A stretch of DNA of 62,876 nt, the filler included, from Corallochytrium limacisporum Hawaii (taxonomy: Eukaryota; Protista; Pluriformea), in the NCBI GenBank assembly GCA_002811645.1. It is 3 parts of 3 records of this genome, joined end to end, with 100 filler letters (N's around TTAATTAATTAA, not from the genome) between each part and the next. Parts side by side here need not be neighbours in the genome. Positions count along the whole stretch, not along the records: positions 42,871 to 62,876 come from PDIP01000160.1; 2 more parts are not named here. The stretch is one strand, 5' to 3'. The translations under genes were made by a program, and so were the position numbers. Shown piece after piece: positions 44,836-55,874 of the stretch; positions within the stretch are counted from its first letter, which is position 1, and every line of letters starts with the position of its first letter. The notes below the pieces were generated by a model. That model saw only the letters and a program-made list of their open reading frames with translations, did no database searches and was not told the origin of the DNA.

Positions 44836-45408
44836 CTACATGTGCTCAGGCCAGTCACAGGAAGTGCTGAGCAAGTCATTGATGGCCTTCAGACCCTCAG
44901 CGTCCACCTCTGAGTATCCATTCTTCTCCGCACAATCCAAATCCATCACTCCCAGCAGACCCACGTCAGCGCCATTCTGCTCGTCGGAAGCCTTGGGCCG
45001 CACGAGCGGCAATACAATCTCCGATTGACTGCGCTCATCGCACGCAATGTGTCCCGGAAACTCGTGCACGTCCTGCACGATCTGCACCTCGCGGGTCTTG
45101 GCACACGTGCCACACACTCCTTTGCCATACATGATGCGCTGACATGCCACGCGACCTTGAAATGGGCCCAGGATCAGGTCCTTGTCGTCGCGAAAGAAAT
45201 AGAATCCGACCCAGTTCACGCTGGTTTGGCCAAGATCATGCAGGCCATTGTAAATGTAAGCGGCTGCATTGGCGGTGTTGGAGACGTAATCACGCTCGTC
45301 GCCAAAAAGAGCCTTTAGTTCCACGGTAGCGGAGGCGTAAAACTCGCGCTTCTTTGTTTCTAGAGCAGAGTCCATATTTCCTTTCTTGGGTTCAGAAGAA
45401 GGCGTCAT
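44836..45408 (-). CDS. GAF-domain free methionine-R-sulfoxide reductase (fRMsr/MsrC/YKG9)
   Basis: Motifs NWVGFY, LILGPFQGRVAC, GKGVCG, DVHEFPGHIACD, SEIVLP. Confidence 0.92.
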   Translation of the reverse strand: MTPSSEPKKGNMDSALETKKREFYASATVELKALFGDERDYVSNTANAAAYIYNGLHDLGQTSVNWVGFYFFRDDKDLILGPFQGRVACQRIMYGKGVCGTCAKTREVQIVQDVHEFPGHIACDERSQSEIVLPLVRPKASDEQNGADVGLLGVMDLDCAEKNGYSEVDAEGLKAINDLLSTSCDWPEHM

Positions 45409-45443
45409 TTCAGTCTAAAATCCTTTCCCGTGCAACTCCAAGT

Positions 45444-45692
45444 CTAAAGTTCTGATCGGTAGATACCTTCTTTATATTCCTCAGCAACCCGCTTTTCTCT
45501 GCGTTCGATAACTGATTCGGTCAACAACTGCGTGTTCTCCTTCTGTTCATCCGGCTGACGGTAGTACTCTTCACTTAAAGACCCGATCGCACCTACAGTG
45601 AACGCAATGGGGAATACTGCGATACGGACCACTTGTGGGACGTACAACCGAAAAGCGTTCAGTACGAATGGCAAGGCCGCCTGAAATACCAT
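45444..45692 (-). CDS. SMIM12: SMIM12/UPF0767-like small membrane protein
   Basis: FRLYVP...FPIAFTVGAIG..E...SVIERREKR matches the SMIM12 pattern (RTYAP..FPVAFVVGAVG..E...SISERREDR). Confidence 0.72.
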   Translation of the reverse strand: MVFQAALPFVLNAFRLYVPQVVRIAVFPIAFTVGAIGSLSEEYYRQPDEQKENTQLLTESVIERREKRVAEEYKEGIYRSEL

Positions 45693-46561
45693 GGAAGAAA
45701 CAAGATATGCTGTTCCTGGCAATCACGGCTATGCGGGCTTCGGTAACGACCAAATTTCTTTGCATCCACCGAGCTGCCTGATGCAATTGGTACGCTCCTG
45801 ATCCCGGACTGACCAGCACCGCAGGTCACTTATAGCACCCCTAGCCACTACCAACTTTAAACGAGCAACACACGGGCCGTGAAGGCGGAAAGAGGTGAGA
45901 AACTCAGACATCCCGTCATCGACCCACAAACGACAGGAGCCCCGGGAGAGACTCCGTTCTGCAAAGCGGCGCTCGCACACAATGCGCTCTCGCACACGAA
46001 AATGCCAAGAGGCCTGTGCCCATTCTCCGACCTCTCCCGCACCCCTCCCACCAACCCGCCCGGTGTTTCCCTTCGTCCCCTCCCCGCCTGCCACTCCCCC
46101 GAGCTTTCTCTCCTCGGGGACTTGGCAGTGTGAGTCTGGCCGACGAAGCCCAAAAATTCCAGGGGTGCTGCTCCGCTCGCTTGGAAGAGAGGGGGGGGGT
46201 GGGGGACCGTACTGCATAATTATGCACGTTGCAAGTTTGTGTATTGTTGTCTTCCAGGGAATTTTTATGACACAGGAACAGCCGGAAAGTACTCTATCGA
46301 GTGGTGAGAACGCACGACCTCATTCGCATCAGCATGCTTCTGTTGGATGTCGCATTTTGGCATGGCTAGGAAAGCGTGTAGTCCCGGCCAATGTGCGATG
46401 TTTTGACTACTACTACGTGACTAATGTAAATCTGTTGGAACAAGGACAAGTCATGGTCGATCCTCTGTCCATGTGTCGAGGCACTCTGATATCGTACCCT
46501 GCATAACAAATGTCTACGAAGAATCCCGTTACCGCCCCGTGAATTACACACAGCGCGCACT

Positions 46562-47986
46562 TTATCCCATGTAGTTGGCCATCATTCCCTTCATGTTGCT
46601 CATGCTCTCAGCCTGCTCCTTCATGAAGGCCTCGAAATACTGGTAGGTGATAGTAACAGCCAATAGAATACCCGTTCCGCTACCAATTGCGCCAAAAGCG
46701 TCGGCAACAATGGACAGTGCACCAATGCAAATACCACCGAAAGCAGCAGCCACTGGAATGTAACGGTTGAGGTACTCCCGCTCCTTGCCCGGGCGGTAGC
46801 CCTTGATGGTGTACTGCTGGGCCTTCAGAGTCTTGGCCAAATCATAGGCGCTACTACCGCTGAAGTCAATCCAGACGGTGGACAGCATGGCGCAGGTGGA
46901 CAGCATAAAGACGACGTAGAAGGCAGTGTGCAGGGGAGCAGCAGCCATCTCCACCAGACCACGAGGAGGAGAAATGTAGTATGCCAAACCACCGATGGGC
47001 ATGGGACGACTCTTTCCCTCACCAGACCAGGTACCCAACAGTTGAACCATGAGGTTGTCTGGGAAGCGAGAGTACAACAGATTGGACAGGATGGAAATCT
47101 GAGAAGTGAGGGCACTCTGCAGAATAATAGGCATGTTGGAAGTGTAGAAGAGCTTGATGGGCAGGACGCTCTGATGACCGGTCTTGTGTTGAATGGGGAT
47201 GTCGACACGGAAACCCTGGAAGTAAGTAACTACCGCAAAGACAACAACAGTGGCCAGCAAGTTCATCATGTTGGGGGCACCCGTGCGCCAGAAAGCGTTC
47301 AAAATATGGCTGGCCTTGTTCTCATACTTGAAGACCAGGCTGCTAATAAACTCAACAACAGCACCCTCGTACTCGGTACCCATGCCGGTGGTGGTGGTCA
47401 TGGGGCTCAAGCTCTGCCACATGATGTTCTCACAAATGTTGGTCGCAATAAACAGTGAAATACCGGACCCAATACCGTAGCCGTTCTGCAGCAGCTCATC
47501 CAAGAGCATGACAACAACACCAGCAATGGTTAGCTGAGCAACAATCAAAGCACCAGTAAAGAAATCGACGGGACCATACATACCCATGGCCACGTACAGG
47601 ACAGCCTGAGCCACAGTCATAACCATACCGAAGAGCTTCTGCGCACCCTCAAAAAGCTCACGGTCGCGGGGCAGCTGTTGGTTGACCTCAATCAGCTTGG
47701 CACCAGCAAGCAACTGCATAATAAGACCGGAAGTAACAATGGGAGAGATACCCAGTTCCATAAGCGTACCACGATTGGAAGCCAGAATGACACGCAGCAG
47801 GAACAAAGGATCTGCTCCCTGAACATGGTACCCGTACAGTGGAACCTGTGACATCACCAAAAAGATCAGCAGGGTCACACCAGTGTACACCAGCTTTTCG
47901 TTGAATGCCAACCGTCCAAGAGGCTTTTCAACCGAAGGCATAGCAGCCACAAAGGGCGCCACGACATCAAGCATGCGGAAAGACAT
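46562..47986 (-). CDS. SEC61A: Protein translocon subunit Sec61 alpha
   Basis: Motifs RVILASNRGTLMELGISPIVTSG, GSGISLFIATNICE, PIKLFYTSNMPIILQSAL, GSGTGILLAVT. Confidence 0.97.
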   Translation of the reverse strand: MSFRMLDVVAPFVAAMPSVEKPLGRLAFNEKLVYTGVTLLIFLVMSQVPLYGYHVQGADPLFLLRVILASNRGTLMELGISPIVTSGLIMQLLAGAKLIEVNQQLPRDRELFEGAQKLFGMVMTVAQAVLYVAMGMYGPVDFFTGALIVAQLTIAGVVVMLLDELLQNGYGIGSGISLFIATNICENIMWQSLSPMTTTTGMGTEYEGAVVEFISSLVFKYENKASHILNAFWRTGAPNMMNLLATVVVFAVVTYFQGFRVDIPIQHKTGHQSVLPIKLFYTSNMPIILQSALTSQISILSNLLYSRFPDNLMVQLLGTWSGEGKSRPMPIGGLAYYISPPRGLVEMAAAPLHTAFYVVFMLSTCAMLSTVWIDFSGSSAYDLAKTLKAQQYTIKGYRPGKEREYLNRYIPVAAAFGGICIGALSIVADAFGAIGSGTGILLAVTITYQYFEAFMKEQAESMSNMKGMMANYMG

Positions 47987-49939
47987 GGTTCAAAACGACT
48001 CCAAAGCTTGTCTCAAATATTTTATCCCGCTGCAAAGTCATAAACAAAGTAGGTCACAACTTGCCGTTGTTTGATTGGGAGGCCTCAAATAGCTGAATAA
48101 TGCCATGGGTTCACACACCACGGTTGTCGGACTTCGGAGTCTTCTCTTTGAACTCCAATGACGTGCACTGGAATGCCACAAACATATTTCAATTCCGTCG
48201 TCGTGGGCATTCAATGCTCGTTGTTACCTGCCTAGGCCCAACAGCAACGGTACAACACAGCATCTTCCCCTCTCCCCCCCTTCTCTGGGCCCCCCTCTCC
48301 ATAGGTTGTACAGAGACCACAATCAATAACCTCAAAGAGAAATAACAACACAAACTCCCCCCCCCCCCGGGGGGGAGGGGGCACACACGGGAGACCGAGT
48401 AAAAGCGGGGCAAAACACTGAGACGGAGAGCACAGAGCCGAAGCCCCGAAAGGGTAGGGGGAGGGGGAGGTATCACTGCCCGGTCGCTCCACCTCCCCCC
48501 CCCGCCGAGGGGGGCCTACGGCAAGAAGCCAACTCATCGCCCCGTAGTAGGTTTTTTATTTGGGTCGGGCGATCCGTGCGTGTGTGTACACACATCGCCG
48601 CAATCCACACGGGGACACACACACCGACCGAGAAGGAAATCTGCCACGGCAATGCCACGGCACCAAAGCGGTGAATGACGAGAGGCCAGGGGAGAGAGAA
48701 GATTTGGGTGGTCCACGACACCGTCGCCTCCCCCAAGGAGCACCAAGCACAGCTCCGGTTACACCGTTGCCAGAAAAAACCAAAGGAATATATCCAAGCA
48801 CACCCCGGTACCTGTGGGCGGGTGGCAGTGGATAGTTCGAGATAAATTAAAAAACAAACGACAAAATAAGGAGGGGGGGGGAGAGAAATAGGAGAATGCC
48901 TTTTTACTTGGACAGGGCAGCCAGCCAAGACCGGGGGTAACACTTGGCCCGCGCGGTTAATAATTTCGTGGGCTAGAATATTCCGGTTTTCCCTTGCGTT
49001 TTTCGGTTGTGTGTGTGTGTGTGTTTGGCCCCCCCCCGGGGAAGTGGGGGGGCACGGAGAGCCCGGTCGTCCACTCTCGAGCAGACAGGAGGATAGAAAT
49101 CGCCGGCACCTGGCTCTTGGGCCTTGGGGGTCCACATTCTTTCCAATTGTTTCAAGTTTTGGTTGTCTTGGTCTGAATTGAAGTATGAAGGAGAAGGGCA
49201 AAACAAAAGTGTACCGAGGGAACAGGAAATCAAGAAACCGGCTTCACGCTGCAACAAGGCCATCTCTCAGTATGCATTGGCCCAATGCGTAGGCAACTAC
49301 CGCACGTGTCGACACCTAGTTCCACAGGTTGAGACACGGGCAGGACGGTTGTGCTGGTCAGATCAATATCCGTCATCTCAGGGGCTTTCCTCGGGGCTGA
49401 GCATCCGGATGCAGCAGACCCGTCGATTGGGTGGTAGTCCATACCTGGCATGTAGTTTGAAAATCCAGAGCCTCAACCTCCAGTGCTTTCTTTCCCCTCC
49501 CCTTTCAAAGTCGATCCCCCTCCAACTTCCCCTCCCCTGACTTTCCCGTTTAACCCACCCTGTCACTACCAACACTACAGGCGCATGTGGCACGTATCAA
49601 TGTCCCGGCTCCCCGTGCACGACACCGTGATTGCCGGCAACTCTCGAGCAAATAATTTCGAGCGCTGTGTCTGCGGCATTGTGCGGCAAGACAATAATAC
49701 ATGGTTTCATTTGACAAAAAGTGCAGTTGAGTCTAAAGTTAGTGATCCTTATTTATAGTCAGGTATAGGAGTCTATGCGACAACATATGTAGGTTCCTAT
49801 CGGATACAAACTGGCACTAAGACGTTATAGTGGAGCTGATTGACGAGGAATTGAGAGCACGTCGCGCAATATGTATGTAGATGAGTCATGAGAGAACTCT
49901 AGTTCACAAAAATAGCATAGTTAAAGACCACAGAAAGCC

Positions 49940-50383
49940 ATGCAGAGAGCACTTCCCATGTCTTCCCGACTCCTGCTGTCTGCCAGAACGCAGACCGGGC
50001 AAGCGCTCCGGAGCAATCTGTGCCCCAACGGCCGTATGGTACTGGCACAGACCATGTTTGCACCTGCTGTCGTAGGAGTCGGACAGCTACGCAACTCACG
50101 TCTCCGTGGTAAGTACGTAGTGCCTCCTCGCGACGGTGAAACAGTGGAGTCATTCCTTACTAAGATTGGTCGTAACACTGTACAGTTTGCAGACAGGTTT
50201 GATAATTGGGAACATTTATTCAGGGCCACTTCCTACGATCTGAAGGAAATGGGAATGGATGTTCGAACTAGAAAATTTTTACTCGGATGGGTGGAACGAT
50301 ATCGGCTGGGACTGGAGCCCTATGAATGGAAACCACGGAAGGGGAGTCGAGCTGAAAAGAAACTCTCTTCGGAAGATATGTAA
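49940..50383 (+). CDS. FYV4: Mitochondrial ribosomal protein mS41/FYV4 (IGR/SAM-like domain)
   Basis: VESFLTKIGR...W..LF...S.DLKEMG...RKFLL.W.ERYR; presequence-like N-terminus. Confidence 0.8.
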   Translation: MQRALPMSSRLLLSARTQTGQALRSNLCPNGRMVLAQTMFAPAVVGVGQLRNSRLRGKYVVPPRDGETVESFLTKIGRNTVQFADRFDNWEHLFRATSYDLKEMGMDVRTRKFLLGWVERYRLGLEPYEWKPRKGSRAEKKLSSEDM

Positions 50384-50412
50384 AGCACTAATCTGGCGAT
50401 TCGCTCCAAGTC

Positions 50413-51465
50413 TTATCTATAGCGAGAGAAGCGTCGTTTTCTCTTCTTGCTCGGGTTGTCGTGCCGTGGTTTACCGGTCAACACAGCCCGCCTAGATACG
50501 GTAATCCTCCGGTCGCCCACCACAGTGCCATCCATATCTAGCGCGTGGTCTGCTGCGTGATAGCTTTGAAAGCGAATTGTGCAATACCGACAGCCAATGT
50601 CAGCCACCCGAATTTGCTGGATTTCTCCAAATACCTCAAATACAGGAATCAGCTCAGCGGCATCCACTTTAGGATCGATGTTGCCTACCCGGACCTCTGT
50701 CCGACGGAGTCTATCCTTGGGAATGAAATCCTGGAAGGCCGTGATCGGCAGGGGCACAACTCGCACCTGATATCCATCCATTTCTTTACAGTCGAGATGC
50801 AGGCACAGCTGCGCTTGGGAAGTTTTCTCGAATTCTACATATGCATGACGATAGAATGTCATGAAGGCCAGATTTGTTCGCTTTTCTTGCACCGCAGGGG
50901 TTAGAGATATGCTTACTGGACGGAAACCCAGGGAGCTCTCAATCCAGTCTCCCACATCGGTGCGCTGGATGCTGTTGGACAATTGAGATATGTGCACAAT
51001 CCGTAGAGGTAGATACCGGTGGTACTCTATGATGATCTCCACATCATGTCGCTGTGGTGAGTCCGAATGATCAGTGGGGGGTTGCAATGCCACCGGCCCG
51101 AGATTGGAACACTTCTCACAGCTCTCAGCGCTTACGAAGGGTTTAAGTTTGGGAAGGGGGTGCTTTCCATGATCCCTCTGTTGCAGTGGTTTTCCGAGCT
51201 CCCTTCGCTGCTGCTCATCCACACTTGGCACTCGACGACCATAGTCCGCCAGGGACAGACTGATGCCTGGTCTCGTTCTTTCCGGCGTGGACTCAAGAGC
51301 TTGGGCCCTAGGCTTATGGTCGCTAGAGTGTTCGCTATAGCTGGGTACTTCATCCCCTCTGCTGGGAAAAAGAACGTTGCGATCGGCCTTGACCTTGGTT
51401 CCCTTGCGGCAAATGTCCGGCTCGCAAGGATCCGGATCCGAATCTGAGTCGCTGAAGATGATCAT
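50413..51465 (-). CDS. Two-RRM RNA-binding protein with basic C-terminal NLS-like tail
   Basis: RNP-like AYVEF, VRVGNID, FEVFGEI, YCTIRF, MDGTVVGDRRITV. Confidence 0.75.
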   Translation of the reverse strand: MIIFSDSDSDPDPCEPDICRKGTKVKADRNVLFPSRGDEVPSYSEHSSDHKPRAQALESTPERTRPGISLSLADYGRRVPSVDEQQRRELGKPLQQRDHGKHPLPKLKPFVSAESCEKCSNLGPVALQPPTDHSDSPQRHDVEIIIEYHRYLPLRIVHISQLSNSIQRTDVGDWIESSLGFRPVSISLTPAVQEKRTNLAFMTFYRHAYVEFEKTSQAQLCLHLDCKEMDGYQVRVVPLPITAFQDFIPKDRLRRTEVRVGNIDPKVDAAELIPVFEVFGEIQQIRVADIGCRYCTIRFQSYHAADHALDMDGTVVGDRRITVSRRAVLTGKPRHDNPSKKRKRRFSRYR

Positions 51466-52319
51466 GATCCGACCGCTTCAACCCACCCCACATTGCAATT
51501 GGATATTCCATACCATGAGTTACAATGTGTTTGTCACTGGCATCATCTTACACCGTACTAGACGTCAACACATTAAAGGACCTTAGATTACACAATCAAT
51601 GAGACTCCTGTTGGAGCCGTACACTGTGGGTCTCAGCAAGACCGTCCCGCGCGAGCGTTGAGACCCTTTTTCCCTCTTTTGGCCCATTTGTCCGCACAAA
51701 ATAGGCCCCCATTACAGACGGGAAAATGAAAAAAGCAACCCCATATTCCCATAGTCTCACTATACGGCCGACGGGGGAGGAGGCGGGGCTGGCGGGAAAT
51801 ACCGAGCGGTCATTGGCTGAAATGCTGCGCTCTTAGTGCCCGCCTCCCCCCCTCAGCTCCGCCCGTTGCTGATATGTTCCCCCCCCCCCCCGGGCCTTTC
51901 GCCTGGCAAAAGGGGGAGGCCTTCCCACTCTCAGTACACAAACACACGCACACGCAAACAGAGAGGCGTTGAAACGAGAAAGAGTCCGGACGCGCCCCGG
52001 GCAAGGGTTCCTGAGTTGCACAGGAGGCCAAAGTGCCCTGGGCAAAACGGTTTCCCGTGACTCTTCCTTGCGCACTTCTAGATTTTTGCAGCCTGTATTC
52101 CTTGAAACATGTGACGTGGTAGCTGGGAGATGAATGACTGTTCGTAAAGCTGTAAGAACTTTGTTGAATCACGCGGAGGTGTAAGAGTGATGTCTCTTGC
52201 ACAACTTGTATGTGACGAATTCGGGTCTGAAGGAAAAGTGTGCCAACCCTTGTCAAACTGCGGAAAAAGACGCCCTTGGATTGTTAAAGAATTGTTTATT
52301 GAATGACATGCTACACTAA

Positions 52320-54152
52320 ATGAGGGACTTTGTCGGAATCACTAACATGAACACCGTCACCAAGTACCTGGACTCGGTGTTCAAAACTATAGGGCTCAAA
52401 GGTTCAGGTTTGGCCAACGAGCAAGCGAGTCAGCTCTACGGGGCATTTGTTCAGGCCTATGTCGCTGAGCAGACGCAGGAGATTAAAAACGGAAAACGAG
52501 ATGACGTTGACAAGTCTCTTTCTGAGGAAAAGATTGCGAAGGCTTTGAAGAAAGACAAGTGCATCCGCACAGTGGAGAAGGCATTGTCCAAAGTCCCGGC
52601 AAGAGAGACCGTCCCCGCAATCTCAGTTGGTGGTCGCGGTGATGTAGTGTCCAAGGAAGCAGTGCATGCACTTGCCTCTGGGCTGAAGAAAGTCAAATTT
52701 GTCAAAGCTTTCAAACTGGAAAATGCTGAAGTTGATGCCCGGTGCATGGAAAAGCTCACCGACGCCATTCTCGACAAGTCGACCTTGGAAACCCTCGACC
52801 TAAGAGGTGCTGTTGGTTTGGACGAGATTGCGATTGTCAAGCTGCTGGCTGGCTTGCAGGAAAATACGTATCTTCGTCGGCTTGCCATTCGTCAGCTGCA
52901 TCTGAATGCGGACATTGTCGTTGCCATGAGCCGCATGCTCCGGAACACTCGATTCTTGCGTGAAGTCGACATCAAGGAGACTCCGATTGGCGATGACCTG
53001 GCAACTCAATTCGTAGATATCTTGCAAAAGACTCCCACGCTTGCAAGTGTGGAAATGGACCGTGAGCAATTAAGTCCGGAAGTCTCCCAGAAGCTGGATG
53101 CGGTAATCCTGCGCAACAAGGAGATCACCGCAGCAATGGAGGAGATGCTCGGGTCGGTGGAGAAACGTAACTTTGCGAATCGCATGAAAACTTTCCAAAA
53201 ATCGATCAAGCGCATGGCACCCCAAGCGGATGGAGCTGATGGGGAGGGTACAGGATCAGATACGCCGGCGTATAAAATGTTTGGCACAGCTCGAAAGCAA
53301 GCCCTCGAGAAGGCCAGGGCCTCCACCCCGCTGTCCAACTTCGAGAGCGGTGAGGCCAGCAAGATGGGAAGAAGGGATGAGATGCAGGACGTCACCTTTG
53401 TTCAGCCAGCGTTCAGCGACGGCAAGGATGGGCATATTCCCATGGACTTTATCGGTGTCTTTGATGGCCACGGTAGCAGAGAGCCCGCAACTTACGCTGC
53501 TGGTCACCTGCCGGAACTGATCTACGAGCAACTCGAGTGCATGAAGCCAGAGGTAAAGGACTGCAATGCGGATCGCGTCAAGGCCATCAAGCACGCGTTT
53601 TCTATATGCCACGATCGTATGGCACCGTGGTGCAAGAGCCTTGGCACCACCGCAACATGTTGTGTCATCCTCAATAAGGACCTTGATCAAGTATACCTGG
53701 CGAACATTGGTGACTCGAGGGGACTCTTGCTCAGCAAGAGCGGAAAGGCTCTCCAGCAGCTCACCGTCGATCACTTGCCCACCAACGACGAGGAGGTTAG
53801 GCGGATCGAGAATGGTGGCGGCAAAATCATTGAGAATCGTGTTGAAGGCCGGCTCGCCATCACGCGGGCTCTGGGTGACAGTGAGTTGAACCCACACGTC
53901 TCGCCCGAGCCGTATGTTACCCGGGTTGATCTGAGCAAGTTTGCCTCCGACAGTGAGGACGAGAGACCGGAGTGGATCATTATGGCCAGCGACGGACTAT
54001 GGGACGTGCTGAGCAATGAAACCGTTGGCCAAGTCGTTGCGCAAGCAGCCAGCTGTGGTGAAGCAGCTGACCGACTCTGCCACGAAAGTTTCATGGCCAA
54101 GAGCAATGACAACATTGCAGTCGTGGCTTTGAGGCTGCACCCCAAAGCTTAA
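52320..54152 (+). CDS. PP2C/PPM protein phosphatase with N-terminal RNI-like leucine-rich repeats
   Basis: PP2C motifs GRRDEMQD, GVFDGHG, GTTA, ANIGDSR, LAITRALGD, ASDGLWD, DNI; LRR-like LETLDL, LRRLAI, LREVDI. Confidence 0.88.
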   Translation: MRDFVGITNMNTVTKYLDSVFKTIGLKGSGLANEQASQLYGAFVQAYVAEQTQEIKNGKRDDVDKSLSEEKIAKALKKDKCIRTVEKALSKVPARETVPAISVGGRGDVVSKEAVHALASGLKKVKFVKAFKLENAEVDARCMEKLTDAILDKSTLETLDLRGAVGLDEIAIVKLLAGLQENTYLRRLAIRQLHLNADIVVAMSRMLRNTRFLREVDIKETPIGDDLATQFVDILQKTPTLASVEMDREQLSPEVSQKLDAVILRNKEITAAMEEMLGSVEKRNFANRMKTFQKSIKRMAPQADGADGEGTGSDTPAYKMFGTARKQALEKARASTPLSNFESGEASKMGRRDEMQDVTFVQPAFSDGKDGHIPMDFIGVFDGHGSREPATYAAGHLPELIYEQLECMKPEVKDCNADRVKAIKHAFSICHDRMAPWCKSLGTTATCCVILNKDLDQVYLANIGDSRGLLLSKSGKALQQLTVDHLPTNDEEVRRIENGGGKIIENRVEGRLAITRALGDSELNPHVSPEPYVTRVDLSKFASDSEDERPEWIIMASDGLWDVLSNETVGQVVAQAASCGEAADRLCHESFMAKSNDNIAVVALRLHPKA

Positions 54153-54239
54153 CACTCACAGAATAGACTATAAAATCATGTTACTCTTTTCATTGTGGTT
54201 TTAAGATTTTCATAATTTGGAGAAGAGGGACCCTTCTAG

Positions 54240-55874
54240 TCACATGTTCTCCTTATAGAAGTTGATGAGACCGTTCGTCGAGCTGTCGTGGTTACTAACG
54301 GCCTGCTTATCATCCAGCTGAGGGAGGATCGCCTTAGCCAGGACCTTACCCAGCTCAACACCCCACTGGTCGAAGGAGTTGATGTTCCAGACGACGCCCT
54401 GCACAAAAATCTTGTGCTCGTACATGGCAGTGAGAGCACCCAAGGTGAAGGGAGTCAGCTTGGGCAAGAAGATGGATGTGGTCGGCTTGTTGCCGGGGAA
54501 GACCTTGTGAATGCCCAGCTTTTCAATGGTTGCTGCGTCCTTGCCTTCCTTCTGCAGGTCCTGCTTCACCTCGTCAATAGTCTTGCCCTTCATGAGTGCC
54601 TCGGTCTGCGCAAAGAAATTGGCCAGAAGGGCGCGGTGGTGCAGGTTGTCCCGGATCGGATTTTGGCTCTTGACCGGTGCAATGAAATCACAGGGAATGA
54701 CCGTGTTGCTTTGGTGGATCAATTGGTAGAAGGCGTGCTGGCCGTTCGTACCAGGCTCACCGAAGACAATTGGGCCAGTGGGAATATCCTGAACCTTACC
54801 GTCACGGGTTACCCGCTTACCATTAGATTCCATATCGCCCTGCTGGAAGTAGGCAGCAAAACGATGCATGTACTGATCATATGGCAGAATGGCGTGCGTC
54901 TCTGATCCGAAAAAGTCCCGATACCATACACCGAGCATGGCCATGAGCACGGGAACATTCTCTTCCAGCGGAGTGGTTGCAAAGTGGCGGTCTGCGAAGT
55001 GGGCACCAGCGAGCAACTCCTCGAAGCGATCAAAACCAATGGTCAGGGCGATCGATGTGCCGATCGCACTCCACAGAGAGTAGCGTCCGCCAACCCAGTC
55101 AAAGAATCCAAACATATTGTCCGTGTTGATGCCAAACTCAGCGACTGCCTTGTGGTTGGTGCTGAGGGCTGCAAAGTGCTTTGCGACGGCATCCTCACTC
55201 CCCAAGGCACCCACCAGCCATTGCTTGGCAGTGGTAGCGTTCATCATGGTTTCCTGAGTGGTGAAGGTCTTGGAGGCCACCAGAAACAGAGTGGTCTCTG
55301 CGTTCACCTTTTTCAACGTTTCAGCCATATGAGTACCGTCGACATTGGACACAAAATGGGGAGTGATGTGACCGGCGTACGGTTTGAGTGCCTCGGTGAC
55401 CATGACTGGACCAAGATCGGAGCCTCCGATGCCAATGTTGACAACATCCGTGATGGCCTTGCCAGTGTGACCGGTGTGCTCCCCATTGCGCACTCTGCCA
55501 ACAAAATCCTTGATGCGGCCAAGAACTTCGTTTACGTCCGGCATCACGTCCTTACCATCCACATTGATGGGATCGTTGCTGCGGTTGCGCAGGGCAATAT
55601 GGAGCACGGCGCGGTCTTCGGTGATATTGATCTTCTCGCCCGTAAACATCTTGTTGCGCATGTCCTCGACACCGGCCTCCTTGGCGAGGGCGATCAGTAG
55701 GGCCATAGTTTCTTCAGTGGCGCGGTGCTTGCTGAAATCGAAGAGAATTGCGCCATCGTCGGTGTTCAGAGTGCGGGAGAATTTGTCGAAGCGACTAGCA
55801 TCACCCTCGAACAAATCGCGCATGTGCACATCCTTCATGGATGCATGGTGATCGCGGAGGTTTTGCCAGGCCAT
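54240..55874 (-). CDS. GPI: Glucose-6-phosphate isomerase
   Basis: Motifs [61 protein letters not shown]. Confidence 0.98.
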   Translation of the reverse strand: MAWQNLRDHHASMKDVHMRDLFEGDASRFDKFSRTLNTDDGAILFDFSKHRATEETMALLIALAKEAGVEDMRNKMFTGEKINITEDRAVLHIALRNRSNDPINVDGKDVMPDVNEVLGRIKDFVGRVRNGEHTGHTGKAITDVVNIGIGGSDLGPVMVTEALKPYAGHITPHFVSNVDGTHMAETLKKVNAETTLFLVASKTFTTQETMMNATTAKQWLVGALGSEDAVAKHFAALSTNHKAVAEFGINTDNMFGFFDWVGGRYSLWSAIGTSIALTIGFDRFEELLAGAHFADRHFATTPLEENVPVLMAMLGVWYRDFFGSETHAILPYDQYMHRFAAYFQQGDMESNGKRVTRDGKVQDIPTGPIVFGEPGTNGQHAFYQLIHQSNTVIPCDFIAPVKSQNPIRDNLHHRALLANFFAQTEALMKGKTIDEVKQDLQKEGKDAATIEKLGIHKVFPGNKPTTSIFLPKLTPFTLGALTAMYEHKIFVQGVVWNINSFDQWGVELGKVLAKAILPQLDDKQAVSNHDSSTNGLINFYKENM

